NCBI RefSeq assembly: GCF_963921235.1
Contig: NC_086097.1
Coordinates: 229,154,001 to 229,218,000, forward strand
Length of the DNA: 64,000 nucleotides
Origin: Mobula hypostoma
Lineage: Eukaryota
Direction: 5' to 3'
Under the pieces are notes generated by a model. It saw only the letters and a program-made list of their open reading frames with translations, did not search any database and was not told the origin of the DNA. Both the position numbers and the translations under genes were made by a program. Positions 24,650 to 36,220 of the stretch are shown piece after piece (position 1 is the stretch's first letter; the number at the start of each line of letters is the position of its first letter).

Positions 24650-26025
24650 TAATTCTATTATTTTTAAAATAGTTATGAAAAAGAGATAAAACAGGTCCAC
24701 AGGTTACAGTCTTGAACTGGAGGAAGGTGAACTTTGAGAGCATTTAAGCAGGATCTAGTTGGGACTGACCGGGCAACTATATAAAAGGCAAGGGAACAAC
24801 TGGCAAGTAGGACACTTTTAAAGGGGTCATATCAAGAGACCGGGGCAGCACATTTATGTTAGGGTAAAGGATAGACATTCCAACTTCAGGAAACCCTGGC
24901 AGGCAAGTGTTAGAGGCTCTGGTAAGAAAAACAAGGAAGCATACATGGTGTTTAGGCACCTGGGTATGAATAAATCCCTGGGCGGATACAAAAAGTTTAA
25001 GACCAGGCTTAGTGGGAATCAGAAGGGCAAAAAGGCACGAGAAGGATCTAGCAAGCAGTTTTAAAGATAATACCAATTATATTAATTCTTCAATTGTACT
25101 AACAACAAAAGGATGACTTGGGAGAGACAAAGTTCTCTTCAAGGAGCCACAAGAAATGGCAGAGATTTTTAATGTCTTTCTCCTTGCAGTTTACGAAGGA
25201 GAATATGATGGATACCGAAGAAATAAGGATAATAAGTTGTAACATCTTAGATTATATACATGTTACCAGGTCAGTTACATAGATGAGCTGAGGAGTGCCG
25301 GATGGATTTTAACTTATTAGTTAAGTCGATAATACCGGAGTAGGACTCAGCAAATGACACACCACTGACCAGCATTGTGGAGCAGAGAGATCTAGGAGTA
25401 AAGTGCACAAATCACTGAAAGCAGCCATGCAAGTAAACAGGGTGGTGAATAAACATTTAGCATGCAGGCCTTCAGTCAGGGCATCCAGTTTAGGAGTAGG
25501 AAAATTATGTTGCAGTTATACAAGTTGTTGGTGAGGCTACATTTGGATTATTAGATACAGTTTTGGTTATCCTGTTATAGAAAAGACATTGTCAAGCTGA
25601 AGAGGATGCAAAAGAGATTTAAAATCATGCACTCTATACTAGGGGGCCTGAGTTTTAGAGAGAGACTGGCCAAACTGGATTTTTATTACTTGGAGCACAT
25701 AAGAATGAGAGACTTCACAAAAGTTTATAAAATCATGAGGGGCATGGATAAGGTGGACAGTTATAGTCTTTTCCTCAGGGTTGAGAAGTCCAAAACAACC
25801 AGGCATAGGTACAAGAGGGGAGACTTTTAAGAGAAACACCGGAGGTAACGTCATTACACAGACAGTAGTCAAGGCAGGGACAATTGCAACATTCAAAGGC
25901 ACTTTGTTAATTATATTGAAGAGTGGAACTTGGAAAGTTAAGGGCTGAGACTAGCAGGGAGGATGCTATGGTCACCATGGACCGGTTGGAATGAAGGGCC
26001 TGCTTCCATGCTGTATTAATCTATG
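24650..26025 (+). mobile_element. Old, internally deleted CR1
   Basis: Decayed LNWRKVNF, QLYKLLVR.HLDY..QFW and GLSFRERL..L motifs. 3' tail GAAGGGCCTGCTTCCATGCTGTA. Confidence 0.7.
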
Positions 26026-26069
26026 ACAGCATGTCATGCTGACATAAAGCCATTGAGGTATTGGAAATA

Positions 26070-26322
26070 CAGTGGATTCTGGTTAATTGGGCCATTGGTT
26101 AATCAGTGCAACCACTTATTTGGGACAATATTAAAACTAATCAAGAAAATAACCAGGCTTCTCTTTTGCTTATTTGAGACACTATTCTGCTCAGTTGGGA
26201 CTACTGTGAACAGTTAGATAACTAACAAGTTGCCAGCACTTGTGTGGCCATTAGACACTATACCGTACTTACAGCGAATGGCTAGGAGTGAAAATGAAAC
26301 AATTTCAATATTTCCAATTTTC

Positions 26323-26367
<45 letters not shown>

Positions 26368-26480
26368 TATACATACACACATATATATAGACACACACAC
26401 ATATATACATATGTATACACACACTCACGCACGTATTTATGTACTGGTTCTGATGTACCCCAATTAACTAGAATCCACTG
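26070..26480. mobile_element. Tigger/pogo-type MITE containing a (TA)n(CA)n microsatellite (~26323-26430)
   Basis: TIRs CAGTGGATTCTGGTTAATTGGG and CCCAATTAACTAGAATCCACTG; TA on the left, TG on the right. Confidence 0.8.
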
Positions 26481-29400
26481 TGCCATCATTCCAGATTCTA
26501 TCTCTGAGTTCTTCATGATGAACTTTGAAGTCTAAATTTTTCACTGTGCATAAATCTTGAAATTTTAAGGTCAAGATTTCTATAAAACTATGTTTGCTAA
26601 TCTCTTCAGCAAATTTTGTGGAACTTCCATCTGTAAACGAAAGACCAAATTTTAGGAAAATTTGAGAAGGAAAGGAATAACGGGCTCAGGCAATTGAGTG
26701 GAGAACAATCATGACTGTTCTCACTATTGTCAAATTAAACAAACATCGTAACAAGAAAATAAAGTTCTCTTAATTATCTATGTTGAACTGGAAGAAACAG
26801 ACTTGATACTCATAATTCAAATTTAAAACTGGCACCATTTGAAATGAAAAAGTACATGCACAAGTGTGTGAATTGTAATTCAGTACCATTACAATGTATT
26901 GCAATTATAATACATTGCAATTTACAAACCTAAAAGAGATACCTTCATTCAAAATTTTAAAATTAATATTTTTAGAGTGGATACATTTTATTAATTTTGG
27001 TATTATAGCAAATGTGTACAAGTCTACTACTTCAATATACTCACTCTTCCTGAAAAACGTTGTAAAAAAATTTGAAAACCAGATAAATACTTCAAGATAA
27101 AAGCAACAAACTTGTCCCAATTAAAACAAGCTTACATGAAATCACTTGTCTTATTGTACTAGGAGAAATTTTGTCTTGACAAGGTGGATAGAGAAAGAAA
27201 ATTTATAAGTTTAAAAATTTGGTTCCTACAAATTCCAATTCAATTTCTGATGTTGATTTCTTATATACATCTAAGCTAAAACTGCTGCAGAACTTACCAT
27301 TTCACAAGTAAAAACATTGCATTGTCTGATGATAAAATCAACATCTCAGGTGGCACAGCATAAATCTAAAGTATTTTGATTGCCAAGATTAGGTCAATTA
27401 CAGTCACAAAAAATAACAGTTATTTAATAAACCATCTAAAATATCAGCTGAACTCCCTATCTATAGCCACAATGCAAAAAATAAAAATACATTAAGTATT
27501 ATTACATTTTTATCAAGCTAAACTGGATTCAAATGATCTAAAATACCCAAGTGTTACTTAAACCATTTAACTCCAAAAATAGTGGATTGATAAGTTTACT
27601 GACTAATAATTTGAACTGAAAAGATTCTGGAAAATAACATGACCTAACTTCTACAAAACCAATAACATTCAATTGAAGCAAAATTATTTTCCATACAATA
27701 CTGTAAAAAAGTTTAATTTGTCATTTTTTATCAACTATCTCAGTCATATTGTATTAAAGAAACACTCAACCACAAACTGCAGAATGCAAATCCTGTTGCA
27801 AAGTGAAACCCAGAAACATACAAAACCTACAGCACAATACAGGCCCTTTGCTCCACAATGAAATGTAATGAAAACTCAGTGCAATAACAGGAAAGTCTCA
27901 GAGACTGTATTAATTGATAATATAATCCAAAGCCTTGAATGTGTTTGTAGAATTGATAGCCTAGTGCACATGCTGAATCATTTCCAACTTCACTTAAGCA
28001 GCATTGCGCCAATTTGAAAGTGCCAAAATACCACCAAATCTATAGGTTTCAGCTTCAATCCTTTCTACTTTGGCCTGAAATGAGCATCTTTGTACCCATC
28101 TTCTACAGAATACAAGATTCAGCGCAAGTACACTTGTAACACACCTGAACACAACACATGCAAATAGACTGTTGTCATTATATGCAACCGCTGGCAGATA
28201 TCTGCCATGACAGCACAGCATTTAGACAAATCTCACTGGTTGATGATAATAACACTCAGGTCAGGTGGAGATAATGTTTCAGACCGATGACCTTCAGAAA
28301 TTCCATACCACTTTTCTAGGAACAGCAGCCTAAAGCAACGCTGCTCCTTTCTCTGATGGGATTATTTGTCTGTTTTGCTAGATGGGTCTGTTGACCATTT
28401 TTGAAGACTGAAATGTTAACTTTCTCATTTCACAGATACTGCCAGAATATTCAGGACGTTTTTTTTTGATAAACACATCCCCCCACACCCATCACTGCCA
28501 CCTCCAGATGTCTACCACAAAACTAAGATGCCCACAATTTGCTCACCTCAGTTCCAGAGTGCTGACTAGAATAAAATCTCCATTGTAAAGGACAAAAATA
28601 TTGCATACAGCATTTCTATCAAAATTGCAAAAAACATTACATCTCCTATTCCCTTCTCAAAATTTATTCCAAACAATTCATTGGTCACTCATAAATCAGA
28701 CAGTGCAAAATTTTTGGAATAGGGAGCTGAAACTACATTGAACAACCCGTTATTTTTACTAGAAATCCAATCACCATGTACAAAATACAGTCATGCTTCA
28801 AACTAAATAATTACCATGCTAAATGCAATCTTCATGCAAAGAAAACAAAGTAGAACAATGTAGGCAAAATTAAACTAAAACATTCTTACCTTTCGTATTT
28901 CGAATAGTATCTGCATGCCCCTCCAGATCAAGATCTGGTCCACTAGGCATGGTCCTTCATTGCCCCAAGGCAGTTGTAAACCCTTCAATTTGAAACTTCC
29001 TGGGTCTTCAAAATGTAACTCCCCCCTCCCCATTTATTCAGAAGTACTGCCCCTGATACTTGAATTCAGGGTAAGAGCCTGCATATTTTACAATCATTTC
29101 TATTCTTCAAGAACCAGGGAGTTTGAACCAACAAAGCAGATGTTGCATGTGTAAAGAATTGAACTACAAACTAAAGGAGCTTTCAAGGTCGCTAATGAAT
29201 GTTACTACAGTAGTGGTCACATGGCAAAAGAATCCATAACTGAACTCAACAAGCTTCTGCACTTTTACAGCGCAAAATGAAAGGAATAAAAAGGTATAGA
29301 GAAATTACATGCTACAGAAAACAAATACAAATTTCTGAATGAACAACTTGGAAAGGTATGAACAAGCAAGCTCATTGAGGTGAAAAAGATAACAGAAAGA

Positions 29401-29950
29401 TAGTCCTAGCAGTGTTTCATTTGCAAAATGTTTTGATCATTCTAAATTGGGAACAGGCATCTGTTTTCTGCATTGTACAAAACAGAAGGGCAGATTGAGA
29501 AAGAACAAGGTTAAGTAGAAGTGGGAAAGAAAGAAATCGCAACTGGGAAGCAAAAAACCTCAATTTGTAGTGAACAATACATTCAGCTAACACAGGTACA
29601 GAGTGGTGGGGGGAACAAGCTCATAAGGAATACAAGAGTAAATCTGGATGAGGTAGGACAAACATTACTGACAATCTTTGTAATAGCATCAGCAATATTA
29701 ACCCAAGATTACGATGTGACAATGATAAATATTCTAAGATATCATCACAAAATCCAACCTGATTTAAGCAGCCAGCACAAAAAAATACTACAAATACTTT
29801 AGCGTGGACTAAGAACAAAATCATAATTTCAAGCTGTATTTAAGTATGATAGCAAGTTTAAAAATATATGGTACCACTAGATTTTTTAAAAAGATGTTAA
29901 ACAAGACTTCAAGAGCAATTTAATCAACAGAAGAAAATAGCTCAACATAC

Positions 29951-30052
29951 CTAACATCTTCAAACTTTCTGGTAATGGCAGAACCAAAATTAGTAAATGC
30001 AGAAGATGCTTTCTGACTAGCTTGAGCAAGGGTTTCAGATGTCTTCTTGAAT
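29951..30052 (-). CDS. TPD52: TPD52 coding exon (A-FKKTSETLAQASQKASSAFTNFGSAITRKFEDV-R)
   Basis: Acceptor TTTCTGTAG, donor TAG|GTATGT, 102 nt, phase 2-2. KKTSETL.QA.QKAS motif. Confidence 0.95.
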
Positions 30053-30814
30053 CTACAGAAATTTAAATTTAACAATTAAAACATTTAAAAGTACAACACA
30101 AATATAAAAGTATGATGTTTGCATATCTTAATTTGGTCTGATTCCATCCTTGGTTCATTCTTTAAGAGCTTCAAGAACTTGAGAAGGTACATTGTAACAA
30201 CAGTGGCTTGCCCATGGGACTGTAAAGCGAAGGTGTCAGGCGAGGCGAATAGGGTCAAGCAATAATGTTCCAAGCTACAAACCACCAACTCCAATACCTT
30301 CCTAGCCAATGTTGCCATTTTGAAATAACAAACAGACATTTTAATACCTTTGAGAAATATACATTTTGAAAACACTTGGTACAGAGATTCGCTGCATTAG
30401 CTACCAGAGCAAATGCACAACATTGCATGAATTTCATAAGCAGAAACATCCAATTACAGTAGGGATTGCACATGAAATTCATTACAAATAGAGCTAATGG
30501 GAAGTTGCTGGAAAAAGACAGGATATTTCAGAAGATATATGAAGGTTTTGCAATGTCACATGCATTTTGTACAACTTATGCTTATTACTTCTGTTACTTC
30601 TAGTTAATTTCACATGCTGGAAACCATTATTAACCTACAAGAGATTGTAAAGGCATGGATATTTTATTTCATTCTTCCTTACTGCATTCCCAAGCTCCTA
30701 CTCTATTTGAATTAATAAAAATTAAGGTGAAATCTGCTGTAACAATACAGCAGCTTCAGGTGACAAGATGTTTCCACCACCAGCATTAAAAGGCAGATAT
30801 TTCAAGTTTAGTGG

Positions 30815-31002
30815 AACACACACAAAATGCTGGAGGAGCTCAGCAGGCCAGGCAGCACCTATGGGGGAAAAAAGCACAGTCGACGTTTCAGGCCAAAACC
30901 CTTCGGAGTCCTGCCAAAGGGTTTCAGCCCAAAACATCGACTGTACTTTTTTCCATAAATGCTGCCCGGTCTGCTGAGTTCCTGCAGCATTTTGTGTGTG
31001 TT
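30815..31002. mobile_element. Palindromic element made of two inverted Penelope-like terminal repeats
   Basis: AACACACACAAAATGCTGGAGGAGCTCAGCAG and CTGCTGAGTTCCTGCAGCATTTTGTGTGTGTT form ~90-bp arms. The same sequence terminates the GIY-YIG element at 15451-15525. Confidence 0.8.
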
Positions 31003-31067
31003 GCTCAGATTTGCAACATCTGCAGACTTTCTCCTTTGTGATTTAAAGTTTTGAAAAGACAACTGGT

Positions 31068-31806
31068 TTAAGATGGCACCACTGAAGGCAAACAACAGGT
31101 TTGAAAGGCAAGAAATTCGACTGAAAACATTAACAGCTTTTCTGAAGTAAATTGTGGTAACCACTGCAAACAGTGAAGAGGCGGGAGCAAAGGCAAAGCG
31201 AATTCAAGGGATGAGCCGTGCTAGTGTGTTGCAAAATCAACACAGCTGGAGATGAAGTGAGCAATTCTGAAAGGAATCGAAGCTTCAATGCACGTCCAAC
31301 TAACCCAGGTGTGAGGTTGGATCGCTCCAAGCGTTGAGACCATTTGGAGGGGTCAAATGGCTTGGAGCTGGGAGGCGCGTTACGTTTAACTGATGAGGTC
31401 CAGGTCCTAATGCAAGGCACAATCCGCTGTTGGACAATTTAAATGCTGGCCAGGTAGACTGAAAAGGCATGGTGTCAGGACCAGAGGCAAGGCTCAGGCC
31501 AATTTTGTGCTGAGGCTAAGAGACAGCCCTGGCTGCTATGCTTCATGTCTGTGAGCTTCATGACAATTTGCCCCACTAATATGATGAACTGACACAGAAG
31601 CTTTGCTGCTCCGGGGATTCAGATCTAAGAACTCAATTTGGTTCAGAATGCTGTTCCTCACTTCCATTGTCTGCATGATTTGTGTTTTTTTTTCATCTTT
31701 TTTTATATTGGGTTCTTTTGGGTTTCTTGCTTTGTGGCTGTCTGCAAGCAATCTCAAGATTGTATAATTATACATTTTGATATTAAATGTACTTTCAGTC
31801 TTTGAC
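31068..31806 (+). mobile_element. Non-coding repeat with a LINE-type tail
   Basis: Begins TTAAGATGGCACC and ends ATTAAATGTACTTTCAGTCTTTGA, resembling the tails at ~2030-2046 and ~22370-22408. Confidence 0.5.
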
Positions 31807-32906
31807 AATTGTCAGCACTCAACTCATTTGGTCAACTCACAGATTGCTGTAATGTTGCTATCACCTAAACATTCCAAAGAGTGGAGGATAATACACTTCT
31901 CATTTTAACTATTCAAAAATTTATTAATTTGAATTCTGGAACAGTAGAAAAGGAAAGAAACAACTTTGACTCAACACCAACACACACATCTAGGAAGTTA
32001 CCGTTTTGTTTCTGCAACCACCCCCGTAACCCCAATGAGAAAATTTTTCAGAATATATAGACAAAGCCCCCCTGTAGCTGGCTCCACTGTTTACTCACAA
32101 TTGTTCGCTAAGCCAATTCAAAGTTGTTTCATTCTAATATTTTAATAGCATCATTGATTCTTAATAACTTCAGCAAATTGTTTTGCCAAATTGACTGAAT
32201 TCAATTTCAGTACTTGCCTTAGTGGGATCCAAATGTTTCTCCTGAGCGAGTAGAAAAACTACAATACTGTATAAACTTTTAGCTTATTATTACAGAGTTC
32301 CCCAATTCACCTTCTCAGTAATGACCTTTTTTCAGAAAAAGTAATACAAACTTTGCATATTACTTTTGTCCCCTATATATTAGTATTGTCTCTGCATTAG
32401 TTTATGGAATGGGACAGAAAAATTCATGTTCTTTGCCTCAATCATTACCCAAATGGAATGGATAGAAATCTGTTTTTGACTGCATTAAACAAGAACTCAC
32501 AACCCTCATGCACCAAGATTACAGAATCACTATTTTCTGCTCCACTGAAGTTAATAGCATCCACATTTTTTAAAATCAATTTTAAATTTGTGAAAGATTA
32601 CACATTTAAACTGAAATTCTGGTTAGGTTAATGTAGGGGAGTTAAATTTGACTTTTTTTTTTAAAAAAAGGAGAAAACAGACAAGCCTTAGCTATGTCTT
32701 CATATTGGCCAGTCAAAATTTAAGCATAAATGTACTACTCTTGTATATTCAATTATTTATTTTTATCTGGACTGTAAATAAATAGATGTGAAATAAAGAC
32801 TTCCCATTCTTATAAACCAATACAAGTTCACCTTCAATTACTGGCAAACCTGCCCTGTATCTATTCAATTAATGATTCCCTTGTTCAGTGCTGTATAATG
32901 CACTTA

Positions 32907-33056
<150 letters not shown>

Positions 33057-33789
33057 CTAAACCAAAACAAACAGGAATTCAATACAGCCCAATAATACAA
33101 GGTAAATATCAATATGATTTTGTGACCACACCCACTCATCTTAGTTTTGTACTATTTCTTTAGTTGTTAGAGTGATGGAACACCCTCCATTGACCTGAAT
33201 GAGTGCAACTTCAACCCTTAATTTGACATTATTCAGGATAACAGCCTTTTTGAATGGTACCCATTCACCACTGAAAACATTTGCTTCCTCGCCACTGGTA
33301 CACAATGACTACAGTATTTACTACTCACTGTGCCTATATCTAAATTCTCTATCTAAAAGCACTGTGGGAATGCCATCATCCACAAGACTCCAATGGTTCA
33401 AGTAGGCACCTCTCCACTACATTCTTATGGGTACTTAACGATGAGTAACACATGCCAGCTTTGACAATTGCAGATTTCATGAATAAAGGGAACTTCATCT
33501 GTCCTGAATAATGCTGGTGAATGAACAGATTATTTGGAGTCCATCAAGAAATAGGTATCATTTTTAAAAAAGGGGGTTTAAAACTGGCAGAAAATCATAG
33601 AAGGTTATATATCAGTCTTGCCAAATTATCACCTTCCCGCAACCTATCTGATCGTTTTTGCAAGAAGTGCATCAGCCCAAAATTCTAATCCAATACAACA
33701 AACTGTCTCTTGCAACCAAGACCAATGCACCAATAACACCCTTTGCTTCTAAACCATTCATTCTTTTACCAGGGTAGAAATATCAAATA

Positions 33790-34598
33790 CAGGTCCACAA
33801 TCCCTTGTCCGAAATCTTTGGGGCCAGTTGCATTTCGGATTTCAGAATCCCCCCTTATTAGTTCTGGGAACCCCAGCGAATACCAAAAAACACATATGCT
33901 CAAGTCCCTTATTTAACTTGTCTCTGTGCAGTGGACTTTAGGACCCAGCGGAGCTCCGGACCTACGCACATCCTCCTGTATAATTTAAATCATCTCTAGA
34001 TTACTTATAATACCTAATACAATGTAAATGTTATGTAAATAGTTGTTATACTATATTGTTTAGGGAATAATGACAAAAAATTCAATAAAACAAAAATATA
34101 CAGCTTCAAATGAACCGAATCAAACACATGGTAAATGATTTATTGGAATAAATGTAGAACATCACTGTCACGATAAAACTTCAGTAACCTGTCTTTATTT
34201 CTTTAAATCCTATACAGTGGTAGTTCCGACACCATATTCTTCAGTAAGACGCCGCACAGACACACCATGATCAAGCTTCTGCAATAACTCCACTTTCTGC
34301 GTTACTGATAATGATAGATGCTTCCTTCTCTTTTTCTCATTGTTACCCATAGGGGTATCTGCAGCTCTTTTTGACATTTTCGCAGTGAAATTAAACACAA
34401 AGTCAACAGTGAACACAAAATATCAGCGAACAGCAAATGCACGTGTAACCAGTACGAGCGCTGAGCCACAACTGACGTCTGGCAGCCTCTGCTAGCGCTG
34501 CCACGTCACACCTGAGTGACGTCAGCTGTTGGCGGAAAAAACTTCAGTTTTCGGAGCTTTTTGGATTTCAGAATTTTGGATAAAGGATTGTAGACCTG
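33790..34598 (-). mobile_element. Internally deleted Tigger/pogo transposon with a transposase N-terminus (CENP-B-type HTH)
   Basis: TA|CAGGTCCACAATCCCTTGTCCGAAAT and ATTTTGGATAAAGGATTGTAGACCTG|TA form TIRs with a TA target-site duplication (TSD). Minus ORF from ATG 34377 reads MSKRAADTPMGNNEKKRRKHLSLSVTQKVELLQKLDHGVSVRRLTEEYGVGTTTV. Confidence 0.9.
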
Positions 34599-34600
34599 TA

Positions 34601-34812
34601 CCAGAGGGCAGACCTTTTAAGGTGAGAAGGGGAAAGTTAAGAAGGGTAGTATGGGGCAAGCAGGTATTATAGAAGCATTCAAGAGACTTTTAGACAAGCA
34701 AATTAAAATGCAGGAGTGGAGGGATATGCAGGCTGACGGGACCAGTTTAATTTGGCATCATACTCAGCACAAACATTGTGGTTCAAAGGACCTGTTGCAA
34801 TGTTGTACTTTT
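34601..34812 (+). mobile_element. CR1 3' fragment
   Basis: TTTAAGGTGAGAAGGGGAAAG..GCACAAACATTGTGG..AAGGACCTG tail. Confidence 0.55.
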
Positions 34813-34829
34813 CTGTGGATCATTCCATG

Positions 34830-35455
34830 CTCATTAGATGGATACTTTATTGATCTCAAAGGAAATTACAGTCTCACAGTAGCATTACAAGTGCACAGAT
34901 ATAAATATTAGAGAGAAGTAGAAAGAATAAAAATAAGTTACCACAATCTAAGAGCAGGTTATCACTTCCCCAGCTATAGGTTGACTCATTATAGAGCCTA
35001 ATGGCCGAAGGTAAGAATGACCTTATATAGTACACTTTGGAGTCTATTACTGAAAGAGCTCCTTTGTTCAGCCAAGATGGCATGCACAGGGCAAGAAACA
35101 TTGCCCAGAATTGCCAGGATTTTCCAGAGTGTCCTCTGTTCTATCACAGCCTTCAGTTTGCCCAGTTTGACTCCTATAACAGAGTCTGCCTTTCTAATCA
35201 GCTTATTGAGCCTTTTGCATGATTCATTGATGCCACTGCCCAAGCACACCACCGTATATAAAATTGTACTGGTGACAACAGACTGGTAGAACATGTGAAG
35301 GAGAGGCCTGCATACTCCAAAGGACCTCTGTCTCCTCAGGAAATAGAGGTGACTCTGATCCTTCTTGTACACAGCCTCTGTGCCGGTGCTCCACTCAAGT
35401 CTGTCACCCAGGTGGACCCCCAGGTACTTGCAGGTTCTCACCACATCCACATCAT
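34830..35455 (-). mobile_element. Rex1/Babar-like LINE 3' fragment
   Basis: ORF 34998-35450 reads KYLGVHL..RLEWS..KK.QSHLYFLRR.RSFGV..FYQSVV; also RSFLPSAIRLYN. Confidence 0.8.
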
Positions 35456-35989
35456 CAATAGTAACAGGTTGTTACAACTTCCAGATTTAAGACACCTAAT
35501 TATGCACATATCCCATTTTCCAGTTTTGCAAAGCACATTTAAAAATATTCTCTCAACTAAAGATTTTCATCCTACCATATATACATTGGTCACAATGCCA
35601 ATCTAAACTAATCCCATCTGCTTGCGCGTGGTCTGTATCAGTTTATCCTGTGCCAGTTTGTGTCTATCTTAAATGTCTCTCAAACACTGCTATCTCGTGT
35701 CCTATCACCATCTCTGGCAGCACATTGCTTGCACCAACCACAAGCTGCAAGAAAAATCAATGCCTTGCAATTGAACTCTGCCCCCCCCCCCACCATTAAA
35801 CCTATGCAATGAGATTTGAAATTTCCAGTCTGGGATATATACTGATTTAAGTTAACCATGCCTCAATTTTATACATTTCTATCCAGTTGCCCCTCCACAT
35901 CTAACACTCCAGACAGAACAATCTAAGTTCATGCAACTTCCCCATAAAGCCAATATACAGTACACGCCATCCATAAATGTCCTGTCAGG

Positions 35990-36220
35990 CATAAACACAA
36001 GAGATTCTGCAAATGCTGGAAATCCAGAGTAACGCAAAAATGCAGGACGAACTCAGTCAAGCAGCATTTACACAGAGGAATAAATAGTCGACACTTTGGG
36101 CTGACACCCTTCATCAGGACTCGGGCCCCAAAATAAGGATCGCACCCCGAAACGTTGACTATTCATTCCGCTTCATTGATGCTGTCTGATCTGCCGAGTT
36201 CCTCCAGCATTTTGTATGTT
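35990..36220. mobile_element. Second palindromic Penelope-derived element
   Basis: AAAATGCAGGACGAACTCAG and GAGTTCCTCCAGCATTTT inverted arms around hammerhead-like cores at 36086-36160. Confidence 0.75.

Noticed and set aside
26214..26535. ORFs rich in YI/HT/VC
   Set aside because: Microsatellite translation within a MITE.
27298..27365. Possible 68-nt exon with donor ATG|GTAAGT
   Set aside because: Frameshifting, weak acceptor and no homology; likely a pseudo-exon.
28890..28950. Strong minus-strand donor AAG|GTAAGA as a further TPD52 exon
   Set aside because: Nearby AG acceptors lack a pyrimidine tract and there is no recognisable homology.
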